Assembly: GCA_030390025.1 (NCBI GenBank)
Contig: CM059431.1
Coordinates: 67,208,001-67,272,000 of the forward strand
Length of the DNA stretch: 64,000 nt
Reading direction: 5' to 3'
From: Squalus acanthias
Taxonomy: Eukaryota
Shown here: one piece after another, positions 24,185 to 36,994 of the stretch
Numbering within the stretch: the first letter of the stretch is position 1
Layout of the letters: every line of letters begins with the position of its first letter
The notes under the pieces: generated by a model
Told to the model about the DNA's origin: nothing
Database searches by the model: none
What the model saw: only the letters and a program-made list of their open reading frames with translations
Made by a program: the position numbers and the translations under genes

Positions 24185-26061
24185 ACAGGGTTACACCTGA
24201 ACAGAGCTGGGACCAATATCCTCGGGGGCAGGTTAACTGGCGCTGTGGGGGAGGGTTTATACTAATTCAGCAGGGGGTTGGGCACGAAGATGTAGTATTT
24301 AAACGTGGAAACAAGGTGCACAGAGGACTGGGAGAGATAGTTAGAGAGAGAAATAATACAGAATTGGGTGTGATCATAGAAAATGCAAAGAGGCAAAGAG
24401 GTCTAAGTTGGGTTGAGTGTGGTTAATAAGGTTGGTGAGCTGCAGGCGCAAATAGCCGCGTGGGAACTTTCTTGATCAGTCTGCTTCCAGCCCAATGAGG
24501 AAGGAAGCAGTGCTGGATCTAATTCTGGAGAATGAAGTGGGACAAGTGGAGCATGTTTCAGTGGGGGAGCATTTGGGAACAGTGATCATAATATCAGGTT
24601 TTGAATAGTTATGAAGAAGGACAAGGAACAATCAATGTAAAAATACTTAACTGGAGGAGGGCTAACTTAAATAAGTTGAAGAGATCTGGCCCAGGTGGAT
24701 TGGAATTAAAAAAAATGGTAGGCAAAATAGCAATTGAACAATGGGAGGCCTTCAATGAGGAGATGGTTTGGGTACAGAATAGACACATTCCCACGAGCGG
24801 TAAAGGAAGGGCATCCAAAGCTAGAGCTCCCTGAATGACTAAAGTTATCGAGATTAAAATGAGACAGAAAAAGGAGGCTTATGACATGTGAACATTATAA
24901 TACAGTCGAGAACCAAGCCGAATATAGAAAGTACAGAGGGGATCTTAAAAAGGAATAAGAGGGGCAAAGAGAGAGTATGAGAATATATCAGTGGCTAATA
25001 TAAAAGAGAACCCAAAAGTCTTTTATGGACATAAATAGTAAAAGGGTCATCAAAGGAAGGGTGGGGCCTATTTAAGGACCAAAAAGGAAATATTCGTGTG
25101 GAGGCAGAGGGCATGGCTGAGGTACTAAATGAGTACTTTGCATCTGTCTTCACTGGAGAAGAAGATGCTGCCAATGTCACAGTAAAGGAGGAGGTAGTAG
25201 AGAAATTGGATAGGATAAAAATAGATAAAGAGGAGGTACTTAAAAGGTTGGCAGTCCTCAAAGTAGAAACGTCACCAGGTCCAGATAGGATGTGTATTAG
25301 GTTACTGAGGGAAGTAAGGGTGGAAACTGTGGAGGTTCTGGCCACAATCTTCCAAACCTCCTTAGATATCAGGGTGGTACCAGAGGACTGGAGGATTGCA
25401 AATGTTACACCCCTGCTTAAAACAGGGGAAAGGGATAAACCTGGCAACTACAGGCCAGTTAGCCTAACGTCAGTGGTGGGAAAACTTTGAGACAATAATC
25501 CAGGACAAAATTAATTGGCACTAGGAAAAGTATGGGCTAATAAATGAAAGTTGGCATGAATTTGCTAAAGGCAAATCGTGATTTACTGACTTGATTGAGT
25601 TCTATGATGAAGTAACGGAGTGAGTTCATGACGGTGCTGCGGTTGATGTTGTGTATATGGACTTTTATAAGGCGTTTGCCAAAATACCACATAATAGACT
25701 TGTCAGCAAAATTAATGTCAGCAAGATTAAAAGAACCGTGGCAGTGTTCATACAAAATTTGGCTAAGGGACAGAAAGCAGAGATTAGTGGTGAACAGTTT
25801 TTTAGACTGGAGGGAAGTATAGAATATTAGGACCACTGCTCATATTAATGACCTGGACTTGGGTATACAGGGCACAATTTTGAAGTTTGCAGATGAAACG
25901 AAACTTGGAAGTGTAGTAAACAGTGAGGAAGATAGTTACAGACTTCAGCATGACATAGACAGACTGGTGAAATGGGCAGATATATGGCAGATGAATTTTA
26001 CCACAGAGTAGCGTGCAGTAATACATTTTGATAGGAAGAATGAGGAAAGGCAATATAAACT
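24185..26061 (+). mobile_element. CR1 LINE ORF2 (EN-RT) fragment
   Basis: AEVLNEYFASVFT, SPGPD, VVPEDWRIANVTPL, PGNYRPVSLTSVVGKL and KFADE motifs, with frameshifts. Confidence 0.93.
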
Positions 26062-27342
26062 GTACACTGACGACACCCAGCTCGACCTCACCACCACTTC
26101 TCTCGACCCCTCCACAGTCTCTAAATTGTCAGACTGCTTGTCCAACATCCAGTACTGGATGAGCAGAAATTTACTCCAATTAAATATTGGGAAGACCGAA
26201 GCCATTGTTTTCGGTCCCCGCCACAAACTCCGTTCCCCAGCCACTGACAGGGCAACACGGTGGCATAGTGGTTAGCACTGTTGCCTCACAGCGCCAGGGA
26301 CCCGGGTTCGAATCTGGCCCCGGGTGACTGTCTGTGTGGAGTTTGCACATTCTCCCCGTGTCTGCGTGGGTTTCCTCCGGGTGCTCCGGTTTCCTCCCAC
26401 AGTCCAAAGATGTGCGGGTTAGGTTGATTTGGCTATGATAAATTGACCCTTAGTGTTAGGGGGATTAAATACGTGGGGTTACGGGGATAGGGTGGGATAT
26501 GTGTCGGTGCAGGCTCGATGGGCCGAAATGGCCTCTATCTGCACTGTGGGGATTCTGTGATTCTGTGATGCCTCTCCCTAGCATCGGTCTGAGGCTGAAA
26601 CACACTGTTCACATCCGTCGTGTCATATTTGAGCCAGAAATGAGCTTCCGACTGCACATCCGCGGCATAACTAAGACCGCCTATTTCCACCTCCGTAACA
26701 TTGCCCGTCTCCGCCCATGCCTCAGCTCATCCGCTGCTGAAACCCTCATCCACGCCTTTGTTACCTCTAGACTTGACTATTCCAATGCACTCCTGGCTAG
26801 CCTCCCACATTCTACCATACGTAAACTTGAGGTCATCCAAAACTCGGCTGCCCATGTTGTAACTTGCACCAAGTCCCGTTCACCCATCACCCCTGTGCTC
26901 GCTGACTTACATTGGCTCCCGGTTAAGTAACGCCTTGATTTCAAAATTCTCATCCTTGTTTTCAAATCCCTCCTTGGCCTTACCCCTCCCTATCTCTAAT
27001 TTTCTGAAGCCCTACAACCATCCCCCCCCCTGCCTTCCAAGATATCGGCGCTCCTCTAATTCTGCCCTCTTGAGCATCCCTGATTATAATCGCTCAACCA
27101 TTGGTGGCCGTGCCTTCAGTTGCCTAGGCCCTAAGCTCTGGAATTCCCTTCCTAAACCTCCGCCTCTACCTCCTTTTAGACGCTCCTTAAAACCTACTTC
27201 TTTGACCAAGCTTTTGGTCATCAACCCTAATTTCTCCTTATGTGGCTCGGTGTCAAATTTTTGTCTTGTAACACTCCTGTGAAGCGCCTTGGGATGTTTT
27301 ACAACGTTAAAGGGGCTATATAAATACAGGTTGTTGTAGTAG
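26062..27342 (+). mobile_element. 5'-truncated L2 LINE inserted in CR1
   Basis: DDTQL, LNIGKTE, LIHAFVTSRLDYSN and LHWLPV motifs, with an L2 tail ctatataaatacaggttgttgtagtag. Target duplication TAAACT at 26056-26061 and 27343-27348. Confidence 0.93.
26250..26569 (+). mobile_element. Full-length HE1-type V-SINE inserted in L2
   Basis: tRNA-like head with A box TGGCATAGTGG and B box GGTTCGAATC, V-domain gtggagtttgcacattctccccgtgtctgcgtgggtttcctccggg, and a CR1-type tail (GATTCTGT)2. Confidence 0.93.
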
Positions 27343-27480
27343 TAAACTAAATGGCACAATTTTAAAGTGGGTGCAGGAACAGAGACACCTGGGGCTGTAT
27401 GTAGATAAATCTTTGAAGGTGGCAGGACAAGTTGAGAAGGCTGTTTAAAAAAGGATATGGGATCCCTGGCTTTATTAATA
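27343..27480 (+). mobile_element. CR1 continuation after the L2 insertion
   Basis: Resumes taaactaaatggcacaatttt...gtggcaggacaagttgagaagg. Confidence 0.85.
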
Positions 27481-27603
27481 CAACATAAGAACATCATAAA
27501 TAGGAGCAGGAGCAGGCCATTCGGCCTTTCAAGGGATCTACAAGAAATGAAACCATCCTAAATATAAACAAAACAGGAAAGAATAAAGTAAGGGAGGATG
27601 TTG

Positions 27604-28136
27604 GCCGCTGGTTCCCCTCTCGCTCTGCGCTCGGGACTCGGGTCGCCGCTCCTTTTATCCCCGCTCTCGCCGCTGGTCCCCCTCTCGCTCTGCTGTCAGG
27701 ACTCGGGTCGCCGCTCCTTTTATCCCCGCTCCCCCTCTCGCTCTGCTGTCAGGACTCGGGTCGCCGCTCCTTTTATCCCCGCTCTTGCCGCTGGTCCCGC
27801 TCTCTTCCCTACTCTCGGGGCTCGGGTCGCCGCTCCTTTTATCCCCGCTCTTGCCGCTGGTCCCGCTCTCTTCCCTACACTCGGGGCTCGGTCGCCGCTC
27901 CTTTTATCCCCGCTCTCGCCGCTGGTCCCCCTCTCGCTCTGCTCTCGGGGCTCGGGTCGCCGCTCCTTTTATCCCCGCTCTCGCCGCTGGTCCCCCTCTT
28001 GCTCTGCTCTCGGGGCTCGGGTCGCCGCTCCTTTTATCCCCGCTCTCGCCGCTGGTCCCTCTCTCTTCCCTACTCTCGGGGCTCGGGTCGCTGCTCCTTT
28101 TATCCCCGCTCTCGCTGCTCGTCCCGCTCTCTTCCC
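27604..28136. repeat. GC-rich minisatellite, about 9 units of ~60 bp
   Basis: Unit core CTCGGGTCGCCGCTCCTTTTATCCCCGCTCT(C/T)GCCGCTGGTCCC with two alternative linker variants. Confidence 0.95.
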
Positions 28137-29150
28137 TAATATAGATTGTACATAGCTGAGGCCCAAGTACTGATCCTTGCGGCACCCCACTAGAGGGATG
28201 GAGTTGAAAAGTAGGGAGGTTATGCTAAACTTGTATTGAACCTTGGTTAGACCACACTTAGAGTACTGCGTACAGTTCTGGTCACCATATTATAAAAAGG
28301 ATATAGAAGCACTGAAGAGGGTGCAGAGAAGATTTACAAGGATGATACCAGAAATGTGAGGGTATACATATCAGGAAAGTATGAACAGGCTGGGTCTCTT
28401 TTCTCTTGGGGGGAAAAAAGAAGGCTGAGGGGTGACCTAATAGAGGTCTTTAAAGTCATGAAAGGACTTGATAGAATGGATACAGAGAGAATGTTTCCAC
28501 TTGTGGGGAAGAGCATAACTAGAGGCCATCAATATAAGATAGTCACCAAGAAATCCAATAGGGAATTCAGGAGAAACTTCTTTACCCAAAGAGTGGTGAG
28601 AATGTGGAACTCGCTACCACAGGGAGTGGTCGAAGCGAATAGTATAGATGCATTTAAGGGGAGGCTAGACAAGCATATGAGGGAGAAGGGAAGAGAGGGT
28701 TACGCTGATAGTTTTAGATGAGGAAAGACCAGAGGAAGCTCGAGTGGAGCATAAACGCCGGCATGGACTGTTTGGGCCGAATGGCCTGTTTCCGTGCTGT
28801 ATATCCTATGTTATAGCCTGTCAATCTGAAAATGACCCGTTTATCCCTACTTTCTGTTTTCTCTCCTTTAACCAATCCTCTATCCATGCTAATACATTAC
28901 CTCCAACCCCATGAGCCCTTATCTTACGTAACAACCTATTATGTGGCACCTTATCGAATGCCTTTTGGAAATCCAAATATACTACATCCAGTGGTTCCTT
29001 TTTATCTACCCTGCTAGATACATCCTCAAAAAACTCTTAACAGATTTGTCAAACACATTTCCCTTTCATAAAACCACGTTGACTCTGTCTAATCATATGA
29101 TTTTCTAAGTGCCCTGTTACCACTTCCTTGATGATGGATTCCAGCATATG
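28137..29150 (-). mobile_element. CR1 RT fragment, interrupted by a plus-strand CR1 3' end
   Basis: PQGSVLGPQL at 28137-28190 continues at 28811-29150. Confidence 0.82.
28190..28810 (+). mobile_element. CR1 LINE 3' end
   Basis: RRLRGDLIEVFK, TRGH, RRNFFTQRVVRMWNSLP, followed by the 3' UTR hairpin gggccgaatggcct. Confidence 0.93.
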
Positions 29151-29564
29151 TTTAACAGTAATACTGGAATTAAATTAAACCAAATACATTGAATAAATGA
29201 GAATTACAGCTGTTGAAATTGTACCACTGGTTTAACTATTTTGAACTTTTTAAATTTTAAGTTCTATCTGAATAAACCTGATCATCAGTAACATATCCAT
29301 ATCTCCTGCCAATAATATTTGTTGTAGTGTAATCAACCATACAGGTGTCTCTTTTCATATTCTGTATGGCATGAGCTTGTTATTTGAAATGCCCTTCACC
29401 TGATTGTAGGTGAATTTTTCATTTTAAATGTGCTGCCCTGCAGTCCAGAGATGACTTATTGTAGTCCAATTGTTTCTGTCCAAGGGCAACCCTGATTTGT
29501 GTTCTGTATCATTTCTTGATCTCACTCAACTGATCCCCACATATACAGTGACTGCTGTGTGAGC

Positions 29565-29930
29565 ACCTTTTAATGTATAAAAAATGTTTCAAGGAGCTTC
29601 ACAGCAGCGGATTCAGACAAAAATCAACACCGTGCCAAAGAAGGAGAAACGACGGTGATTAAAACTTTTTTAAGAAGGGTCTTAAAGGAGGAGAAGAAAG
29701 TGGAGGTTTGGGAAGGGAATTCAAGATCTTAGGGTCCAGAAGACATGGCAAGAGGTCAGAGTTGGAGGAATGCAGCGTTCTTGGAGGGTTGTAGGGCTGG
29801 GAAAGGTTACATAAATGGGGAGAGGCAAGGCCCTGAAGCACAAGGATGCAAATTTTAAATTGGAGGCATTAGGGGACCGGAGGTCAATGTAGGTCAGCGA
29901 GCACAGGGTTGATGAGTGAGCGGGATTTGT
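29565..29930 (-). mobile_element. L2 LINE 3' fragment
   Basis: Colinear with 55420-55860. Confidence 0.8.
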
Positions 29931-31574
29931 ATCAAAAATTAAGCCAGTTGCATTACTTTGGGATCAGATTGAATCAATTTTCTTAAAACTGTGTTAAAGA
30001 ATCACATTTAAAAATGTGCCTGCAAGTTGATAAGTATCTTAGTTTATAGTTCACAAAGCTGTTGCTGCGTCTCATTTATTAATACTCTATTAATATGTTG
30101 TGATTGGGAAAGGCTGTTTTTTGTTGTTGAATTTGCTTCTACCCATTTGACAACTGTGCTCATTTTTAATCTTATTGAATTTGCTCAAGTTTGGTTTGGC
30201 TTCCACTGATGAGGCATCATGCAACTTTGAAGTTGTTTTCTGGTGTCTGTAGTTGAAGAGAAATCTGCCGACTTCTTTACTTATTTTTGATTATTTTCAA
30301 GTGGGACTGATTTTATTTTTAGTATTATTGTCTATCTGCATTCTGGCACAATTAAAAGGATGGCAATTACTTTGGATGTCAGTTACTTAGTCCTAGATAC
30401 TGCCCAGGTTGTGATTCTTTTTAAATCCTATTTGTAGCCTAGTCCATGGATATTCTACAGTTCATTAGCCAAATAATAGATCGGATATGCAGGGTTGACA
30501 TCAAAGAGGAAGATCCCTGTGGAGCATCTACACTTTCTACCATTGATGTCAGTATAATTGGCCTGTTCTCAGATTCAGATTTTGGCTTTTTTGCCTCAAA
30601 TCGATATTCACAGTTTTTCCCTAAGACATCTCTGAAGTATAGAAGCTATTGTTTTACATGATTTTCATGTTTTTTATGACATTTTTGGAACATAATTTGT
30701 CTTGTTAATTTGATGCTTTCACTGTGGAATTGTGTGTCTTATAGTACAGCAGATTATACATTGGTGATGGATACTGGTAAGAATGCTGAATATATTATAT
30801 GCTATGAGGTTGCACAGTAATTAAGACTAAAGTTTGGGTTTAAAGGAAACATTTTATATTTCTTCTGAGAAAAACATCTGGTCACATGTAACATTATTAT
30901 AGTGATGCCACTGGGCCATATGTTGTGTGTTCAAACTGGATGTTGGACAGATGAGACCCTGCTAAATGTATTACTAATTTTGATTTGTTAGTAGCTGTCT
31001 AGGAGTTGTTTTGGAGTTGTGATTGGTCAGTTCTCTACTGTGGTAAAAATGATAACGTGTGCATCACATGTGTACAAATCATTTGGTTAGGGAAATCATT
31101 TTTATTTTGTTTGGATGTTTGTAGTTGAAATTATAAAACTTGTATAAAGAACAAGCTTATTATTCCACTAATAGCAGAGGAGATATTCTTCCCCCTCCCA
31201 CCCAAATAAAAATTGGCTAAAATTTCATGTAGCAAATTAGTTTATAGTATACAGCATATTGTTTTAAAATACTGAATGTCCTTCAGTCCCTCAAAATGAT
31301 GCTAGAACACTTTGAAATGCCAACAGGGTTTTTTTTTTAAGACTCCCTAATCTAAAATAATTTTGGCATTTATAGAAAGGCTATAATGCCAGTTGGAGCA
31401 TCTTGTCTGTATTCTGAGTGTTGTTATCCCAGTTTTCCACTGATTCACTAAACTGTTAAGTATTTGCAAACCACTGTTGCTGGGTGCTGAATTTTCTTAG
31501 GTTACAAACAGGGCTGGGTTTTTATCAATGTGAATGTTTCAGAATTTTTCCGAATTTTGATCTGTTCACCTGGA

Positions 31575-34090
31575 TCGGTAGCATAGTGGTTATGTTCCTG
31601 GACTAGTAATCCAGTAGCCTAGACTAATAATCAAGAAACGTGAGTTCAAATTCCCCCACGGCAGCTGGGAAATTTAAATTCAGTGAATGAAATAAATCTG
31701 GAATAAAAGGCTAGTATCAGTAATGGTGACCATGAAACTATCGGATTGTTGTAAAAACCCATCTGGTTCACTAATGTCATTTAGGGAAGGAAATCTGCCG
31801 TCCTTACCTGGTCTGGCCTATATGTGACTCCAGACCCACAGCAATGTGGTTGACTCTTAACTGCCCTCTGAAATGGCCTAGCAAGCCACTCGGTTGTGAA
31901 AAACCGCTCCGAAAAACAATAATAATACTGCACCGACCACCCGGCATCGATCTTGGCACCGGCTTTGGACAGTACAACGAAACAACCAGCCGAGTCGTCT
32001 CTGCAGAGTCCTCCTCACTAACATCTGGGGACTTGTGACAAAATTGGGAGAGCTGTCCCACAGACTAGTCAAGCAACAGCCTGACATTGTGATACTCACA
32101 GAATCATACCTTTCAGCCAATGTCCCAGCCTCCTCCACCATCATCCCTGGGTATGCCCTGTCCCAATGGCAGGATAGACCCACCAGTGGTGGCGGCACAG
32201 TGGTATACAGTCAGGAGGGAGTGGTCCTGGGAGTCCTCAACATTGACTCCGGACCCCATGAAGTCTCATGGCTTCAGGTCAAGCATGGGCAAGGAAACCT
32301 CCTGCTGATTACCACCTACTGCCCTCCCTCAGTTGATGAATCAGTACTCCTCCATGTTGAACACCGCTTGGAAGAAGCATTGAAGGTAGCAAGGGCACTG
32401 AATATACTCTGGGTGGGGGACTTCAATGTCCATCACCAAGAGTGGCTTGGTAGCACCACTACTGACCGAGCTGGCAGAGTCCTGAAGGATATAGCTGCCA
32501 GACTGGGCCTGCGGCAGGTGGAGAGAGAACCAACACGAAGGAAATACCTACTTGACTTCGTCCTTACCAATTTACCTGTCGCAGATGCATTTGTCCATGA
32601 CGGCTTTGGTAGCAGTGACCACCGCACAGTCCTTGTGGAGACGAAGACTCATCTACACACTGAGATCACCCTCCATCGTGTTGTGTGGCACTATCACAGT
32701 GTTAAATGGGATAGATTCACAACAGATCTAGCAGCTCAAAACTGGGCATCCATGAGGCGCTGTGGGCCATCAGTAGCAGCAGAATTGTATGCCACCACAA
32801 TCTGTAACCACATGGCCCGGCATATCCCTCACTCTACCATTACCATCAAACCAGGCGGCCAACACTGGTTCAATGAGGAGTGCGGAAAAGCATGCACCAG
32901 GCGTACCTAAAAATGAGGTGCCAATCTGGGGAAGCTGCAACACAGGACTACATGCATGCTAAACCGTGAAAGCAGCATGCTATAGACAGAGCTAAGCGAT
33001 CCCACAAACAATGGATCATATCAAAGCTCTGCCACTGGCTGGAGTCATACCTAGCACAAAGGAAGATGGTTGTGGTGGTTGAAGGTTAATCATCACAGCC
33101 CCAGGACATCGCTGCAGGAGTTCCTCAGGGCAATGTCCTAGGCCCAACCACCTTCAGCTGCTTCATCAATGACCTTCCCTCCAACATAAGGTCAGAAATG
33201 GGGATGTTCGCTGTTGACTGCACAGTGTTCAGTGCCATTCACAACTCCTCAGATAATGAAGCAGTCCATGCCCGCGTGCAAGAAGACCTGGACGACGTTC
33301 AGGCTTGGGCTGATAAGTGGCAGGTAACATTCGCGCCACAGAAGTGCCAGGCAATGACTATCTCCAACAAGCGAGAGTCTAACTTGACATTCAACGACAT
33401 TACCATCACCGAATCCCCCACCATCAACATCCTGGGAGTCACCATTGACCAGAAACTTAACTGGACCAGCCACATAAATACTGTGGCAACAAGAGCAGGT
33501 CAGAGGCTAGGTATTCTGCGGTAAGTGTCTCACCTGACCCCGCAAAGCCTTTCCACCATCTACAAGGCACAAGTAAGGAGTGTGATGGAATACTCTCCAC
33601 TTACCTGGATGAGTGCAGCTCCAACAACACTCAAGAAGCTCGACACCATCCAGAACAAAGCAGCCCGCTTGATTGGCACCCCATCCATCACCTTAAACAT
33701 TCACTCCCTCCACCACCGGTGTACCGTGGCTGCTGTGTGTACCATCTACAAGATGCACTGCAGCAACTCGCCGAGGCTTCTTCGGCATCACCTCCCAAAC
33801 CTGCGACCTCTTCCACCTAGAAAGACAAGGGCAGCAGGCACATGGGAACACCACCACCTCCAAGTTCCCCTCCAAATCACACACCATCCTGACTTAGAAG
33901 TATATCGCCGATCCTTCTTCGTCGCTGGGTCAAAATCCCTACCTATCAGCACTGTGGGAGTACCTTCACCACACAGACTGCAGCGGTTCAAGAAGGCAGC
34001 TCACCACCACCTTCTCAAGGGCAATTAGGGATGGACAATGAATGCTGGCTTTGCCAGCGATGCCCACATCCCATAAACGAATTAAAAAGA
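31575..34090 (+). mobile_element. Single-ORF EN-RT LINE (CR1 group, Zenon-like) with tRNA-like 5' head; internally deleted
   Basis: APE endonuclease motifs (DIVILTES, GGG, GDFN, LDFVLT, SDH) at 32035-32910. RT C-terminal part VPQG..LGP and SIYKAQVRSVMEY. Most of the RT N-terminus is lost near 33030. A-rich tail. Clade assignment is tentative. Confidence 0.88.
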
Positions 34091-34675
34091 AATAAATACT
34101 GTGGCAACAAGAGCGGGTCAGAGGCTGGGTATTTAGTGTAAGTCGCAAGTCAGGAGTGTGCTGGAATACTCTCCACTTGCCTAGATGAGTGCAGCTGCAA
34201 CAACACTCAAGCTCGACACCATCCAGGACAAAGCAGCCCGCTTGATTGGCACCCCATCCATCACCTTAAACATTCACTCCCTCCACCACCGGCGCACTGT
34301 GGCTGCAGTGTGTACCATCTACAAGATGCACCGCAGCAACTCGCTAAGACTACTTCGACTGCACCTCCAAAACCTGCTACCTCTTCCACCTAGAAAGACA
34401 AGGGCAGCAGGCGCATGGGAACACCATCACCTGCAAGTTCCCGTCCAAGTTACAAACCATCCTGACTTGGAAGTGTATCGCCGTTCCTTCATCATCGCTG
34501 GATCAAAATTCTGGAACTCCCTGACAGCACTGTTGGGAGTACCTTCACCACACGGACTGCAGCGGATCGAAAAGGCGGCTCATCACCACCTTCTCAAGGG
34601 CAATTAAGGATGGGCAATAAATACTGGCCTTGCCAGCGACACACTCATCCCATGAACGAATAATAAAAAAAAAAT
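34091..34675 (+). mobile_element. Second, tandem 3' end of the same LINE family
   Basis: Repeats 33474-34090 with substitutions and a deletion, and ends in poly(A). Confidence 0.9.
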
Positions 34676-35139
34676 GGGGTCTGCATACAGCCTGGTAATT
34701 AACGGTACAGATATTTAGGCCACTGGTACATCTCTTCAAAATAAAAACCCTTCAGGATGCACAATAGATTTCATTATGGTGAATGAGTCCATTTCAGATT
34801 GATGTTCCTTTGATGTTTGCAAGCCTAAGAATAACAGCATCAATAAAGCTGGCTGTTTTTGTAAACTTTTACAGTGGTGTATGCTAATATTTTATTATTT
34901 ACATACAGCAATAGAGTAGCTAAATTGTGCTTTTTAATAGGTGGAAGGAAGTGAAACTTTAATGACATGTCCCAGAAAACATTGCTTCCTTTTTGAAAGT
35001 ATTTTCTTTCTTCATAGACATTCACCTTCAACTGAAAGGTTAGCCAATGGTCTGCTGCTGGGCCCTCGTAGAATCACTTTATAACCAGCTGCTACACATT
35101 CCATATTGGTGACGCATGTTAACTGCTGAACTTGAGTCA

Positions 35140-36135
35140 CCTAGACGAGTTAACAAGGCGCGACCTTCCCTTAACAAATCCATGCTGACTGTCCTTGATT
35201 AATCCGTACCTTTCTAAATGACGATTAATACTGTCCCTCAGAATTTTTTCCAATAATTTGCCCACCACCGAGGTTAGGCTGACTGGCCTGTAATTACACG
35301 GTCTATCCCTTTCTCCCTTTTTAAACAACGGTACGACATTAGCAAACCTCCGGCACCATGCCTGTAGCCAGAGAGGATTGGAAAATGATGATCAGAGCCT
35401 CTGCTATTTCCTCCCTTGCTTCTTTAAACAGTCTGGGATACATATCATTATGTCCTGGCAACCTCTTAATATTTCCTCTCCCACTATGTTTATCTCTAAT
35501 ATTTCACACTCCTCCTCCTTAACTACAATGTCTGCATTGTTCCTCTCTTTTGTGAAGACAGACGCAAAGTATTCATTAAGAACCATACCCATGTTTTCCG
35601 CCTTCACACACAGGCTACCTCTTTGGTCTTTAATAAGCTACGATCTTATTGAATGGCGGAGCAGGCTCGAGGGGCTGTATAGCCTACACCTGCTCTTAAT
35701 TCTTATGTTCTTATAGGCCCTACTCTTTCCTTAGTTATCCTATTGCTCTTTATGTATTCATAAAACATCTTTGGGTTTTCTTTGATTTTACTTGCTGATA
35801 TTTTTTCATGCCCTCTCTTTGCTTTCCTAATTTCCTTTTTAATTTCTCCCCTGCACTTTCTATACTCCTCTAGGCTTTCTGCAGTATCTGACAAAAGCTT
35901 CCCTTTTTTTCCTTATCCTACCCTGTATGCTCCTTGACATCCAGGGGGCCCTAGATTTGGGAGTCTCACCCTTTTTCTTTGTGGGAACATATTTGCTCTG
36001 GACCCTCACTATCTCCTCCTTGAATGCCTCCCACTGCTCTGAGACCGATTTACCTTCAAGTAGCTGTTTCCAGTCCACTTTGGCTAAATCTCAGTTTAGT
36101 AAAATTGGCCTTTCCTCAATTGAGAACTTTTGCTC
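35140..36135 (-). mobile_element. CR1 ORF2 fragment with internal deletions and a short plus-strand CR1 tail (~35633-35714)
   Basis: FKKGERDRPCNYRPVSLTSVVGKLLE and VLNEYFASVFTKE motifs. Confidence 0.9.
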
Positions 36136-36139
36136 CTGT

Positions 36140-36813
36140 TCGGGAACTTTGGGTTTTCCAACCTACAATTCAAATCAATGGAACTTAATGGGGATCCCCT
36201 TGTTCGAACTGCTGTGATGTCAACGGGCTGTCTAAACAGCCAATCAAAAGGTAGAATTCTCACAGACAGCGAACAAGAAATTGAGTAAGCTCTTAAAATT
36301 ATAACTTTTTAAAATGCTTAGAGAGAGCAAAAGAAAGATTGGGGTTCTCATATGGGGGAAAAGGCAAACCTGAAATAAAGATGGACAAACTTAAAAAATT
36401 AAAAAAATTATTTGAAAAGTTTCTTTTTTGTTAAAATGGACAAATTTCACTCTGCACAAAATTAAAATTAGTTTTCCAGGCCTTTAATATCGGTTTAGTA
36501 GTTAATACGCCATTAAAACTCCAGTTACACCGAATCCCTTTGGGACTAAATTTTAGTGGGGAATTTAACAACGTACTTACTGCGGAAGAGCCGACGTTTT
36601 TGTCAGTTTCAATAATTTACGAGATTTCACTGATTGCCGGCTCTCCGGAGGGCGGGGGGGGGGGCGGCACAGCGCAGCCAGGTTCAAAGCTGTCATTGAC
36701 CGACCGCAACTTTGGGATACATGCGCCAAATTCAGATGTTGCGATCAGTTTCAAAGGCGGAATGACTGCAAACGCTGCCAATTCGTCGTCATCCTGACCG
36801 CAAATTCCGGGCC
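36140..36813. mobile_element. Harbinger-type MITE, family of 12270-12690
   Basis: Ends ACCGCAAATTCCGGGCC followed by ATT. The left boundary is uncertain. Confidence 0.68.
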
Positions 36814-36832
36814 ATTATCTAAATGTATATCT

Positions 36833-36988
36833 CATTGCCGTTTGTGGGACCTTACTGTGTGCAAATTGGATGCCAAGTTTCCCTACATTACAACAGTGAC
36901 TACACTTCAAAATTACTTAATTGGCTATAAAGAGCTTTTGGACGTCCTGAGATTGTGAAGGCGCTAAATAAATGCAAGTCCTTTCTTT
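36833..36988 (+). mobile_element. Deu-domain SINE 3' tail
   Basis: tttgtgggacctt...cagtgactacacttcaaaa...ggcgctaaataaatgcaagtcc. Confidence 0.75.
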
Positions 36989-36994
36989 AAGACC

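Noticed and set aside
26250-26325. tRNA gene
   Set aside because: The A/B boxes continue into a V-domain and a LINE tail, so this is a SINE head.
27604-28136. CRISPR-like repeat/spacer pattern and long ORFs (27598-28155)
   Set aside because: The linkers are themselves repeated, the context is vertebrate and there are no cas genes. The ORFs are by-products of a GC-rich minisatellite.
32035-32910. Stand-alone endonuclease gene
   Set aside because: It is the APE domain of a LINE ORF, followed by frameshifted RT sequence.
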